Shown here piece after piece: positions 1-10,024 of a stretch of DNA of 64,000 bases. Source of the stretch: Thermodesulfovibrionia bacterium (GTDB lineage Bacteria > Nitrospirota > Thermodesulfovibrionia > UBA6902); contig CAVOUK010000011.1 in the NCBI GenBank assembly GCA_963699585.1, positions 125,231 to 189,230 of the forward strand, written 5' to 3'. Numbering within the stretch: position 1 is the first letter of the stretch; every line of letters starts with the position of its first letter. The position numbers and the translations under genes were made by a program. Under the pieces are notes generated by a model, which was not told the origin of the DNA, did not search any database, and was given only the letters and a program-made list of their open reading frames with translations.

Positions 1-803
1 TGATTCACTTGTTGCAAGTCTTGAAATACCTTAAGTACAACTTTTTTGATTTGATTGTCATCTTGATTAGTGTTTGTAGTGTTTTTTTGGAAAAATAGTC
101 TATTTAGATGATTAATTAAATATAATTTTCTGATTTTTTGTAGTTTGTAGTTCAAACAAACTCTGTAAAAAGAAGGTTCCGGAACTGGTACATTTTCTAT
201 AACAAGAACCCCATCTTGCAACTTTAAGACTGGTTTGCTGTAACCTCCAAATTGATCGCTTTTCATACGTCCGAAGTCATTATTTATAAAAGCAAAAATA
301 TGAATATCATGCTCTAGTTTAGTGCCGTCGCGTTTATACCAAAGATATGCTTGGTCAACTCCATATCCGCCCTGTCCTAAATTAACGGTTTCCAATCGTT
401 TGTTGATAGAAACAAGCAGTTGACACCAATTATGATTATTATCAACCCCATAGCCGAGTGTAAATGAATCTCCGGAGCAAATAATCCGTATCTTATTTTG
501 GGAAGGACTTAAACTAAAATCATTATTGTTACGAAATGATTGTCCGTTTGTCTGAAGATATTTCCCGTGTCCGTACATATCTTCAATATAAACATTCGGC
601 AGATTAACCCAGCCCAACAGCGGATCATATCCAGTATGAAGCCTCTCAGCAAGAGGTTTATTGCTTAAACAACAAATTTGATAAAAGGTAGAGATTGTAT
701 GTGACAAATTTCTGCTTAATAAAACTTCACAAATAAAGAAAAGAAATATTACTGTAATCAGGTTGCAAATGATGATAACGATCAATTGACGTATTTTTAT
801 CAT
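1..803 (-). CDS. SGNH/GDSL-like hydrolase with N-terminal membrane anchor (C-terminus runs off window start)
   Basis: Minus-strand ORF from ATG at 801-803, no stop before window edge (so absent from ORF track). Translation MIKIRQLIVIIICNLITV... has hydrophobic N-terminus and GDSL block 'IRIICSGDSFTLGYGV'. Confidence 0.5.
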   Translation of the reverse strand, partial: MIKIRQLIVIIICNLITVIFLFFICEVLLSRNLSHTISTFYQICCLSNKPLAERLHTGYDPLLGWVNLPNVYIEDMYGHGKYLQTNGQSFRNNNDFSLSPSQNKIRIICSGDSFTLGYGVDNNHNWCQLLVSINKRLETVNLGQGGYGVDQAYLWYKRDGTKLEHDIHIFAFINNDFGRMKSDQFGGYSKPVLKLQDGVLVIENVPVPEPSFYRVCLNYKLQKIRKLYLINHLNRLFFQKNTTNTNQDDNQIKKVVLKVFQDLQQVN

Positions 804-953
804 AGATACATACTATATTTAACATATGACGTGCCGATCTGCAAATTTACAGCACAAATCAACACCATTGAAAACATTCCGACAAGGCGTATCCGGCAGA
901 AAATTTTCAGTTTGTAGAATACCGCATAACCATATCCCCCTCTCCGACCTTTC

Positions 954-1979
954 CTACTCACAATTTTTTTTATACTCCCGCACCCTGGCGAGCATTTTAT
1001 CTTTTATGCCTTCTTCGAGAAAAGAAGCCTCGAATGAATTCATCGCGAGTGTATATATATCATTAACGGTCAAATTGAGTGCCTTGGTTATTGCTAAATA
1101 ATTTTCATTGATATAACCGCCAAAGTAAGCCGGATCATCGGAATTTACAGTGACTAAAAGCCCGCGTTCCATCATTCTTCGTAAAGGATGCTCTTCCAAA
1201 CGGCCTGTTACTTTCAGCCTCAGGTTTGAGAGCGGACAAACCGTCAGAGGTATTCTGCGGCGTATCAGTTCTTCCGTCAGTTTATCGTCATCAAGACAGT
1301 GATTACCGTGATCTATCCGGGACACCTTCAGCAGTTCCAATGCTTCCCAAATATATTTTGCGGGTCCCTCTTCGCCTCCATGTGCTACCGTGAAAAATCC
1401 TGCTTCCCTCGCCCTGGTAAATACATCCTGAAATTTTGAGGGAGGATTGCCGGTCTCCGCGGAATCCAGTCCCACGGCTATGATCCGGTCTCTATAAGGG
1501 AGCGCCTCTTCAAGGGTCTTCATTGCAGCGTATTCATCAAGGTCTCTGAGAAAGCACATTATCAATCCTGTTGATATGCCAAACTTGTATTCAGCATCTT
1601 GAAGAGCTTTGTGAATGCCGTTTATCACGGTTGAAAACTTAATTCCCCGCCCGGTATGAGTTTGCGGGTCAAAGAATATTTCAGTGTGAAGGACATTTTG
1701 TGAAGCGGCCTTTTCAAGATATGCCATCGTCAAATCATAAAAGTCCTCTTCTTTAGTCAATATGCCGGCCCCTTCATAATAAATATCAAGGAAGTCCTGA
1801 AGATTATTGAATCTGTATGCCTCTCTGATCTCCTCTACTGATCTATACCTGATCCGGACATTATTCCTCGTCGCAATTTTAAACATTAATTCAGGCTCAA
1901 AAGTGCCCTCGATATGGAGATGCAGTTCAGCCTTGGGAATACCTTTTATAAAATCTTCAACAGACATTTCTTTTCTCAT
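954..1979 (-). CDS. add: adenosine deaminase
   Basis: 341 aa; metal-dependent hydrolase motifs 'LHLHIEGT', 'SDDPAYFG' typical of adenosine deaminase. Confidence 0.85.
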   Translation of the reverse strand: MRKEMSVEDFIKGIPKAELHLHIEGTFEPELMFKIATRNNVRIRYRSVEEIREAYRFNNLQDFLDIYYEGAGILTKEEDFYDLTMAYLEKAASQNVLHTEIFFDPQTHTGRGIKFSTVINGIHKALQDAEYKFGISTGLIMCFLRDLDEYAAMKTLEEALPYRDRIIAVGLDSAETGNPPSKFQDVFTRAREAGFFTVAHGGEEGPAKYIWEALELLKVSRIDHGNHCLDDDKLTEELIRRRIPLTVCPLSNLRLKVTGRLEEHPLRRMMERGLLVTVNSDDPAYFGGYINENYLAITKALNLTVNDIYTLAMNSFEASFLEEGIKDKMLARVREYKKNCE

Positions 1980-1989
1980 AATAATATTT

Positions 1990-2100
1990 TGTAAAAGAAC
2001 TGTTTAATTGGTTTAATTGGTTGTATTGGTTTTATTGGTTAACTAACTCAACCAATCCAACTAATAAAACTAATAAGACCAGAAATTTGCCCCTTCTGAC
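1990..2100. repeat. ~100 bp palindromic repeat (copy 1) flanking ORF 2101-2643
   Basis: 'gtttaattggtt...ttttattggtt...aactaataaaac-aataagacca' shared with 2644-2772; internally self-complementary (ttggtt/aaccaa). Confidence 0.7.
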
Positions 2101-2643
2101 TTATTCCTTCTTTGCCCCTACAAACCAGTCTTTTTTGTCGCTGAACAACACATTGAATGTTGTGAGTGAACCGTAACAGCGGGTGATATACTGCTGCAGA
2201 TTTACCTTTTCACTGTCTGTAAGGTTCCCGGAGCCATTGATGTTCTGTTCAAGAACGCGGAGCTGATTGCGGACCATTACTATCTTATGGAAAAAGACAT
2301 CAATCGGGACCGACTTTTCCTGCATTCCGGGTTTGCCGGGTTTCATGATCAGCTCTCCTCCATTCCATTTGTCTGAAATGGGGACCATGCCGGCCAAACC
2401 CTCTTCAATGAGGATCTCCCGGATGGTTTCTTTCAATATATTTAAATCCATAGATTGCTCCTGTAAATTTTGTTCCTGTTTAGGCGGAGGATCTGACAAT
2501 TCGGTTTCCGCTTCTGCTTCTGAAAAATACTTGACACCGGCAGTGATAAAGTTGACAATCAGACGATCACCTTCTACACGCACTACTTTGCCGGTCCCGA
2601 AAATATTGTGAAAAACTATCCTGCCTGTATAGAATTCTTCCAT
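2101..2643 (-). CDS. hypothetical protein (180 aa)
   Basis: Intact ORF with acidic/Pro-rich linker; no family recognised. Flanked on both sides by copies of the same repeat. Confidence 0.55.
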   Translation of the reverse strand: MEEFYTGRIVFHNIFGTGKVVRVEGDRLIVNFITAGVKYFSEAEAETELSDPPPKQEQNLQEQSMDLNILKETIREILIEEGLAGMVPISDKWNGGELIMKPGKPGMQEKSVPIDVFFHKIVMVRNQLRVLEQNINGSGNLTDSEKVNLQQYITRCYGSLTTFNVLFSDKKDWFVGAKKE

Positions 2644-2772
2644 AGTTTTAATTCAAGATTAACATAGTTTGGTTGAATTAGTTTAATTGGTTTTATTGGT
2701 TGGATTGGTTGAGTTAGTTAACAAATAAAACAAATAGAACTAATAAAACCAATAAGACCAACAAATCTGACT
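2644..2772. repeat. ~100 bp palindromic repeat (copy 2)
   Basis: Shares outer segments with 1990-2100; central ~20 bp ('ggattggttgagttagttaac') is the reverse complement of the core in copy 1. Confidence 0.7.
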
Positions 2773-3606
2773 CTATTTTAAAAGTTCTTTCCCCCTCCTG
2801 TTGATCGCATAATCACCGGGATCACCAATAAACGGCAGGGCCAGCATCCATGGCAGCGACAAACGCTTTGGGTCTCTGAACTGTGATAAACCGATTGTCA
2901 TTCCTTCATGCCCTGCGGCAGGCTGTGCCCTGTATGTACCCAATAATCTGTCCCACCATGGAAAGTTAAATCCGAAATTACTGTTCGTTTCACGTATTGT
3001 CACTGAATGGTGGACACGATGCATGTCAGGTGTAACGACGAACAGTCTTAACACTCTGTCAAATCCAGGGGGCAAAAGAAAATTACTGTGATTGAACATC
3101 GCTGTGGTATTCAGAACTACTTCAAAAATGAGCACAGCAACTGGTGAAGGGCCAAAGACCGCAACAGCTGCCATCTTGATCCCCATACTGAGATATATCT
3201 CGACAGGATGAAAACGCAGTCCTGTGGTCAGGTCAATATCAAGGTCCGCATGATGCATCATGTGAAGTCGCCAGATGACAGGGACCGTGTGGAACATAAG
3301 ATGCTGCAGATATATAATCAGGTCCAGAATTAAAACCCCTATTGCGACTTCAACCCAGCCCGGCATATTATAGTTATTCAGCAGTCCCCATTGTTTTTCC
3401 TGCGCTATTAAAGACAGGTCTATTGCAAGGAGAGGGTAAATCACTCTTAACGTAACAGTACCGATCAGGACTATACCAAGATTGCCGAACCAGCGGACAG
3501 GCTTTGAAGTTATCAATTTTCGGCGGGGAGACATAACTTCCAGAACTGACATAACAACAAGAGTTCCGAAAAAGAAAGAGAGTCGTATCAGTGCTTCATT
3601 ATTCAT
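2773..3606 (-). CDS. fatty acid hydroxylase / sterol desaturase superfamily membrane protein
   Basis: 277 aa, multiple TM segments, His boxes 'HLMFH', 'HMMHH', 'HRVHH'. Confidence 0.75.
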   Translation of the reverse strand: MNNEALIRLSFFFGTLVVMSVLEVMSPRRKLITSKPVRWFGNLGIVLIGTVTLRVIYPLLAIDLSLIAQEKQWGLLNNYNMPGWVEVAIGVLILDLIIYLQHLMFHTVPVIWRLHMMHHADLDIDLTTGLRFHPVEIYLSMGIKMAAVAVFGPSPVAVLIFEVVLNTTAMFNHSNFLLPPGFDRVLRLFVVTPDMHRVHHSVTIRETNSNFGFNFPWWDRLLGTYRAQPAAGHEGMTIGLSQFRDPKRLSLPWMLALPFIGDPGDYAINRRGKELLK

Positions 3607-3639
3607 GATCTATAGCTCTAAAAAAAGGATGGAATTTGC

Positions 3640-4491
3640 TTAATAAAATTCTTTTAATGTATGCTCTGTTTTTGATGGATCATAGTACTGCTGAACAAGA
3701 GATTTATTCCTGATCACAGATATCCTCTCTTCCAATATCTGCCGGGAATTTCTGTAAATTATCCCAAGTGGGATACGTTCTTCCCATTCAAGGGCTTTTT
3801 TGAATGCCGCAACCCTGTCTTCAGGATTGTATTCGGGCTCAATATGATAAATCCTCTGTTTATACCAGTCATAAGTATTGATCTTATTGAATGTCACGCA
3901 CGGCTGCAAAATATCAACTATTGAAAAACCCTTGTGACTTACCGCCTCTTTTATCAGCCATGTTAAATGTTTCATATCACCCGCAAACCCCCTTGCAACA
4001 AAACTGCAGTCAAGGGCTACAGCCAATGCCATTGGATTAAGCTGCTCGGAAAAAACACCGAAAGGCTGGTTCTTTGTCTTCATCCCTTCCATGCTCGTCG
4101 GAGATGCCTGACCTTTCGTGAGGCCGTATATCTGGTTATCGTGAACAAAAAGTTTTACGTTGATATTTCTCCTGATTGCATGATTCAAATGATTACCGCC
4201 TTCGCCGTAGCAGTCGCCGTCTCCGGCAACTGCCATAACAAGCATCTCATGATTAGCAAGTCTTATCCCGGTTGCAACAGGCAATGTTCTTCCGTGAAGC
4301 CCGTTAAAGGTATTGCATTTGACATAATGGGGGAACTTCCCTGCCTGCCCGATTCCGGACACAATGATAAACTGATGCGGCTCTATGTTCATTTCAATCA
4401 TTGCATTTTTGAATGAGTTAAGAATGCCGTAGTTCCCGCATCCCGGACACCATGAAGGATGCTGCCCCGTGTAATCCTGTAATGTCGGCAT
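3640..4491 (-). CDS. korB: 2-oxoacid:ferredoxin oxidoreductase beta subunit (TPP-binding)
   Basis: 283 aa; N-terminal 'CPGCGNYG' Cys motif and TPP-binding 'GDGD' region typical of KorB/PorB. Confidence 0.8.
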   Translation of the reverse strand: MPTLQDYTGQHPSWCPGCGNYGILNSFKNAMIEMNIEPHQFIIVSGIGQAGKFPHYVKCNTFNGLHGRTLPVATGIRLANHEMLVMAVAGDGDCYGEGGNHLNHAIRRNINVKLFVHDNQIYGLTKGQASPTSMEGMKTKNQPFGVFSEQLNPMALAVALDCSFVARGFAGDMKHLTWLIKEAVSHKGFSIVDILQPCVTFNKINTYDWYKQRIYHIEPEYNPEDRVAAFKKALEWEERIPLGIIYRNSRQILEERISVIRNKSLVQQYYDPSKTEHTLKEFY

Positions 4492-4594
4492 AGGTTTCTC
4501 CTGAATTACGGAATTTCAAATACTAACATCGTTTAAATTTATTATGCTTTACTTTCTTACAGAAAATTATAAACCCTGAAAGGTGAGAATGCAA

Positions 4595-6283
4595 TTAATT
4601 GAATATCAAGTCGCGTGTTTCGTTCTTTGCAAGGACCCTCAGGAAGACCTCCACCATTTTGGGATCAAACTGGGTCCCCGAGCAGCGTTTGAGTTCGGAG
4701 ATGGCAAATTCTCTGCCGGGGGCTTTCCTGTAGGGCCTGTCAGCGGTCATTGAATCAAACGAGTCCGCAACCGCAAGTATACTTGCGCATAAAGGTATAT
4801 CACTGCCTTTGATGCCGAGGGGGTAGCCTTTCCCATCATATCTTTCATGATGATGAAGAATGCCGGGGATAACGCTGTTAAGCTGTTTTATGGGAGCGAT
4901 TATATCAGCGCCCTGAGCGGGATGCTTTTTTATAAGTTCATATTCTTCTTCAGTAAGTTTGCCGGGCTTATCAAGGAGCCCGTCAAAAGTGCCGAGCTTC
5001 CCTATGTCATGCAATAAACCGCACATCCTTACGTGATTTATATCTTTCTCACGCAGTCCCATCTCTTTTGCAATTTCCACTGCATAATTTGTGACCCTTT
5101 CCGAATGACCCTTGGTCCATGGAGATTTGGCGTCAATTGTTGAAATAAGCGACGTTACGGTGCTAATGAGCAATTGTTCAAGGTCTTCATAAAGCCTTAC
5201 ATGTTCAAGAGCGACGGTAATCTGGGACGCAATTTTTTCGGCAGTGGATAAATGTTCGGTAGTAAGCCCTCCATAATATACGGAACCGATATCAACAAAA
5301 CCGAGCATTTCACCTTTGCTGACAAGAGGCACTATCATGGCTGATTTAATCCCAAGCTCATTCTGCTCCTGGTAGTAAGAAAGATTAACGCTCTCTTCAG
5401 AAATTTCAGGTATAACAAGAGGACCCTGTAGCCTCTGAATGTTATTAAAACGGGAATCTTTTATATCATAGGTCTTATCAGTGAATTTCCCAAACCCCCA
5501 TTCCGTGACTGTCATGCGACCATCACCGTTTTTAAGAAAAACAGCAGCCCTGTCACAGGGTATTAATCTGCTTGTCAGGACAATGGCTGTCCTTAAAATG
5601 GAGAATTTATCAATAGAAGACAGGATCTCTCTGTCAAGCCGGGCCATTGCATTTATTGTATCTATCTTATTTGTTAATTCTGTAAGTCTGTCACTGGATT
5701 CCCTGAACAGTTTGCTGTTCTGCAGCGCAATGCCGATGCCGTCAGCCAATCCCTTCAGCAAAGCGAGATCTCTTTGCTCTACTTTCTTGATGGTTGTATA
5801 ATTACCGCACATCATACCGCTCAATTTCCCTCTGAAAGATATAGGGACCAAAAGGGCGCTGTTCATGTTGAATGCTTCAGCCAGGTCATGGCTTATCATC
5901 ATACTTTCTTTTGCATTATCTATAATTACTTCTTCACCGTTCAGGACCTTATCGATTGCCGGAAAGTCACCCGCCTTAAAGGTTATTGACTTTAATATGT
6001 CCTCTTCAGCAGAACTTAGCCCGTATCCCCCTTCAAATATAAAATATTTGAGTCTGTCATCATAGAAGAATAAGCCCATATTGTTGAATTTCAGATAACC
6101 CGGCGTAAAATCCAGGACCTTTCTGACAAGTTCCTTTTCTTCAAGGCTTGTATTAAGTGTCTCGACCAGTTGTAATAAAGATTTTGATGTTTCCGCTTCG
6201 CTCTTTATTTCTTCATAAAGCATTACCATTTTTTCTCGCGGCATGCTTGCGCTCGGTAATGTCGTGGACCAATCCCACGGCAT
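4595..6283 (-). CDS. GAF-GAF-HD-GYP domain c-di-GMP phosphodiesterase
   Basis: 562 aa; C-terminal 'HHHERYDGKGYP' HD-GYP signature, 'HDIGK', upstream GAF-like regions. Confidence 0.8.
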   Translation of the reverse strand: MPWDWSTTLPSASMPREKMVMLYEEIKSEAETSKSLLQLVETLNTSLEEKELVRKVLDFTPGYLKFNNMGLFFYDDRLKYFIFEGGYGLSSAEEDILKSITFKAGDFPAIDKVLNGEEVIIDNAKESMMISHDLAEAFNMNSALLVPISFRGKLSGMMCGNYTTIKKVEQRDLALLKGLADGIGIALQNSKLFRESSDRLTELTNKIDTINAMARLDREILSSIDKFSILRTAIVLTSRLIPCDRAAVFLKNGDGRMTVTEWGFGKFTDKTYDIKDSRFNNIQRLQGPLVIPEISEESVNLSYYQEQNELGIKSAMIVPLVSKGEMLGFVDIGSVYYGGLTTEHLSTAEKIASQITVALEHVRLYEDLEQLLISTVTSLISTIDAKSPWTKGHSERVTNYAVEIAKEMGLREKDINHVRMCGLLHDIGKLGTFDGLLDKPGKLTEEEYELIKKHPAQGADIIAPIKQLNSVIPGILHHHERYDGKGYPLGIKGSDIPLCASILAVADSFDSMTADRPYRKAPGREFAISELKRCSGTQFDPKMVEVFLRVLAKNETRDLIFN

Positions 6284-7131
6284 GCCATTCTTCCTTGATC
6301 TTGATGGCTGAGGTTGAAACTTCTATCGGAAATTCGGTCCCGTCTTTTCTGACGGCTGTAAATTCAACGGTCTTGCCGATGGCCGGGCCTTCTCCCGGTA
6401 ATTTTGAACTTATCGAAACCGTTCTTGTAAGTGCCATGATATTTCAGGGGAGCGAGAAACAGGTGTAAGTCTTTTCCGATGGCTTCCTGCTGCGTGTAGC
6501 CGAATAATCTTTCAGCAGAGGGATTCCAATAGACAATTTTACCCTGATTGTTCATAACAATAATGCCGTCCACTGCCGTTGCTGTAATTGCGCGGAATTT
6601 TTCTTCGCTCTCATACAGTAATTTCACTGTCCCGGTAAGGGCGCGCAGCGGGACCATCCTTAAGAAAACGAACACCGCCAAACCGATAACAAGCCCCAAT
6701 GCCGACAACGGTAAGGTCTTTTTCAAAATTGGACGGGCAGACCGCCTTACCTCGATCCTTGCTACGACATTTCCTGCATCGAACAAATCGTGCGAACGCA
6801 TAATAACGGGGGCTTCAACTGCAGCCGAATTGGACGCAATTAAACTGCCGGTCAGATCAACAATGCGGCGTGAGTCATCGTGGTCCCCGGAAAAATGACG
6901 TGACAGCAATTCTTCAAGCCTGTCCCGTTCATATTTCCAAAAATCAGGATTTTCGCCTATTTTCCCTGAGAGAAAGTATGAAAAGGTCTGCGCTTCAGAT
7001 TCCAGCACCGCAGACTCATATTGATAGCTTAAACCAAAATAAATAAGGGGGAAAAGGACCGCACCTATTGCGGACAAGATGATAGCCATGACATTCGTAG
7101 TCCTGATTATCTTCTTGCTGTTGTCCTTCAT
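6213..7131 (-). CDS. membrane-anchored PAS sensor protein (apparent frameshift near 6400-6440)
   Basis: ORFs 6364-7131 (TM + PAS N-half) and 6213-6437 (PAS C-half) overlap in different frames. Together they form one PAS domain that overlaps the start of the HD-GYP gene. Confidence 0.55.
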
Positions 7132-8015
7132 TTCTTGCCTGACAGGGCGATATATCCTTCTTTGTCAAGTATCGCGCGGCCTTCCCTGGATTTAATAAAT
7201 TCGATAAACTTTTTTGCAGCAGGCACGGCTTTTGGTCCTGTAACCAGAAAGAGTTTTTTATAATACGGATAGGTGCCGTCAGCGACTGTCTGGAGGCTTG
7301 GCGCCACGCCGTTTAACGGCAGCATGTGAAGTTGCCTGTTCTCGGAGATAATCAATGAAAGTGTGGACGTACCGATAGCGCCGCTGATCAGCTCTACAGC
7401 TCCCGCGCTCTCCTGGTCAGTGGGCTCCATTATCATTCCTTCCTGAGACAATGCTTTACGGACGGCTTTATCAATTTCAGGTGACATACTTCTTAAAATT
7501 ACTGTGTCCGAGTCGGACTCCGGACGCAATATCAGTCTGACAGGAGAGCCGTCGGGCCACTTTTTTGTCTCGCCTGCGTATATTCCTGCAATGTCATGAA
7601 GAGTGAGATTAAGCCCTTCGATCTTCCGGGCAGTAACAAATACAAAGGGCGTTATGGCGTATTCTACAGCATCGGCCCCTTTCCGCAGTTCATCTTCCTT
7701 CAGAGACCTGCTGCTTACGGCGATGTCAATAACACAATCAACGGCGGCCTTTATCCCCCCGCTGCTTCCGAGGCTCGGAAGGACATCGATTCTTAAATCG
7801 GGGTTTGTTTTTTGAAACGCCTCTGCCAGTGCCTTAATGCTGCCTAATGCGCTGCCTGTCCCACCTATTACAAGGCTGCCATTGTGATCATACGCGTAAA
7901 GTGATGTGACGGGCAGTGACATATAAATAACAATTGACATAAGCAAAATCGTATGGATAAGCCCTGTTAAATTTGCAGAGATTTTTTTATTATGTTTCAT
8001 ATTATGTTCTCCCAT
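7128..8015 (-). CDS. PstS-like periplasmic substrate-binding protein
   Basis: 295 aa, signal/TM N-terminus, PBP-like_2 fold features; 4 bp overlap with the downstream PAS sensor ORF (operon). Confidence 0.6.
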   Translation of the reverse strand: MGEHNMKHNKKISANLTGLIHTILLMSIVIYMSLPVTSLYAYDHNGSLVIGGTGSALGSIKALAEAFQKTNPDLRIDVLPSLGSSGGIKAAVDCVIDIAVSSRSLKEDELRKGADAVEYAITPFVFVTARKIEGLNLTLHDIAGIYAGETKKWPDGSPVRLILRPESDSDTVILRSMSPEIDKAVRKALSQEGMIMEPTDQESAGAVELISGAIGTSTLSLIISENRQLHMLPLNGVAPSLQTVADGTYPYYKKLFLVTGPKAVPAAKKFIEFIKSREGRAILDKEGYIALSGKK

Positions 8016-8174
8016 ATAAGTTTAATGGGTTACTAAAAAAGTCTGTTAAAATATAACACTTATTTAATCGGTACAAACAGGAATTCCCTTAAGTTGTTTT
8101 CTGATAAGATAACTTTACGAAGTAAAAATATACCGAAGAAGCGGGAGCGGGTTTAAAAACCGACCTTATGAGGC

Positions 8175-9301
8175 TTACACCTGATCAAGACTGGCAAATA
8201 TTTCTTTTAATAATTCATCTACTGTAAAAGGCCTTCCATCATATTTATTAATCCTATACTTGAAGTAATGTCCGGTCTCCGCTCTCATGAGACGTGCAAA
8301 CTGGCCTGTTGCGTTATTCTCTATACAGATAGAGGTCTTTGCATTGTCAAGAACCTTAAGATAATCAAATGTATCTGTTGAAGGAAACGGATAGATCTCG
8401 CTGAAATGAAGCATAGCCACTGAAAATTTGAAATTTGAACATTTGAAATTTGAAATTATCTACAACTTCTTTTATCACACCGTATGTGGAACCCCATCCA
8501 ACGAGCACAATTTCGGGATTTTCATCCGCCATACAAAACAGGCGGTTCTATCTCCTGCTTGATCAGAGGAAGTTTTTTAAAGAGCCTCTTATCCAGCATT
8601 TTAATCCTTGTTTCCGCATCCTCAACGATATGTCCTTCCTCGTCATGCTCGTCACTGTCGGTAACAACAAGATGTTTTGCATCTCCGGGAACTCCGAGAG
8701 GACTTACTCCGGTTTGTGTAAATGCATGACGTTTATATTCAGAAAGATTTTTAAACGCATCCCCTCTCAATCTGTAGTCCGTATATTTAATCCTGTTCAA
8801 ATCAAAATTATTAAATGTCCATTGCGAATCGGCGAGATACTGGTCAAAAATGATAATGACAGGTATCTGATATTTCTCTGCTATATCAAATGCCCTGTTT
8901 GTGAGATAAAACGCCTGCTCCGGCGTTCCCGGCGCAAATATAACTCTGGGAAATTCTCCATGCGCTGTATAGAGAGCAAACTGCAGATCTCCCTGTTCTG
9001 TCCTTGTGGGCAGCCCGGTTGCCGGACCCGGTCTTTGACCGAGCGCAATAACAATCGGAGTCTCTGTCATACCTGCAAGGGAAAGGCCTTCCACCATAAG
9101 CGCGAATCCGCCGCCTGATGTCCCTGTCATGGCCCGTACGCCGGCAAAGGAAGCGCCGAGGGCCATATTAATTGCTGATATCTCATCCTCTGCCTGTTCA
9201 ACAATAATCCCGTATTCTTCTTCCTTGTCAGCAATGTAATTCATTATTCCTGTGGAAGGCGTCATTGGATAAGCGGAGTAAAATTTCAGTCCCGAAGCCA
9301 T
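8175..9301 (-). CDS. korA: 2-oxoacid:ferredoxin oxidoreductase alpha subunit, interrupted by two apparent +1 frameshifts
   Basis: N-part 8522-9301 ('YPMTPST' ... 'PPVLYGG') and C-part 8175-8420 ('ENNATGQ') match KorA. The middle 'MADENPEIVLVGWGSTYGV' is in a third frame. Shifts are at 'ggcgga' (8522-8532, ATGA overlap) and in the 'tttcaaa' repeat block 8425-8455. Confidence 0.65.
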
Positions 9302-9340
9302 TGCGCCAAGAGCTATGGCTTCAACGCCTGCGATTAGCAG

Positions 9341-9366
9341 TAGGGGCGAACGGCCGTTCGCCCCTA
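9341..9366. repeat. REP-like perfect 26 bp GC-rich palindrome TAGGGGCGAACGGCCGTTCGCCCCTA
   Basis: Perfect palindrome 2 bp after the korG stop. The korA reading frame runs through it with no canonical start codon until ATG 9301. Confidence 0.8.
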
Positions 9367-9368
9367 CA

Positions 9369-9920
9369 TTAAACGAACACCTCTCGGCAATTTTTCAATG
9401 CAAAATCATACCCTGCCTGCGCCGACCTGATATTGCCCTGAACAACATCTTCACCCTTTTTGCTGAATGTATTTCTGATTGTTTCAAAGAGCGGACCCGG
9501 ATCCATGCCGAGCATCCCAAGGACCGCTCCTGTAGCAACAGTATTTGACATTATCTTATTACCGCCGTGTTCAACCGCTATGCTTTCAAAAGGGACATCC
9601 AGAAAACAGGGAGCTTCGTGCTTCTCTTTGAATGCTGATGAATCATAAATAATGGTCCCTTTTTCCGTAAGTTCTTTTTCATGCTGCGATATGCTCGCCC
9701 TGTCAAGTGCAACCACTATGTCAACCACGTCTCTTGATGCCGTAACAGGTTTGTCGGAGAATCTGATCTGATAAAAATTATGCCCGCCCCTTATGCGGGA
9801 TTCATAATCCTGATGGGTAAAGACATGAAAGCCTGATTTAGCGAACAGGTGCGCAAGAGTGTCTCCAATTGTCTGAAGCCCCTGCCCTGCCTCACCGCCT
9901 ATTTTAATTGAGTAGTCCAT
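9369..9920 (-). CDS. korG: 2-oxoacid:ferredoxin oxidoreductase gamma subunit
   Basis: 183 aa; 'IGGEAGQG' motif typical of POR/KOR gamma subunits. Confidence 0.8.
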   Translation of the reverse strand: MDYSIKIGGEAGQGLQTIGDTLAHLFAKSGFHVFTHQDYESRIRGGHNFYQIRFSDKPVTASRDVVDIVVALDRASISQHEKELTEKGTIIYDSSAFKEKHEAPCFLDVPFESIAVEHGGNKIMSNTVATGAVLGMLGMDPGPLFETIRNTFSKKGEDVVQGNIRSAQAGYDFALKNCREVFV

Positions 9921-9932
9921 ATTTCAATAGCG

Positions 9933-9953
9933 ATCAGCAATCAGCTGTCAGCA
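9933..9953. repeat. tandem heptamer array ATCAGCA-ATCAGCT-GTCAGCA
   Basis: Three tandem NTCAGCN heptamers upstream of korG; same motif family as 40057-40137 and 54485-54520. Confidence 0.55.
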
Positions 9954-10024
9954 AACACAGATGTTTTTTAGTCATGCCTGCTCTGAAGTAAAAGTTTATA
10001 AATAATGTAGGTTAAGCATAACCA

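Noticed and set aside
6213-6283. 70 bp overlap between the PAS ORF and the HD-GYP ORF, considered as a programmed frameshift or fusion
   Set aside because: This cannot be distinguished from the homopolymer indels seen elsewhere; treated as the same class of frameshift.
8425-8455. AATTTCAAATTTCAAATGTTCAAATTTCAAATTTT repeat, considered as a regulatory element
   Set aside because: It lies inside korA coding sequence at the position of a frameshift; more likely slipped or erroneous coding sequence than a regulatory site.
8522-8532. ATGA stop/start overlap between the two korA pieces, considered as a possible recoding/Sec site
   Set aside because: The downstream piece is in a different frame, not an in-frame UGA. 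It is a one-base shift at 'ggcgga' with a second shift 80 nt later, so a frameshift (likely error), not selenocysteine.
8450-9118. 222 aa plus-strand ORF (and similar antisense ORFs at 18828-19466, 21709-22299, 22850-23455, 41119-41670, 60391-60939)
   Set aside because: They lie entirely antisense to well-supported genes (korA, leuB-like, CpxP-like, EF-hand, DAG kinase, AsmA-like) and have low-complexity products; shadow ORFs.
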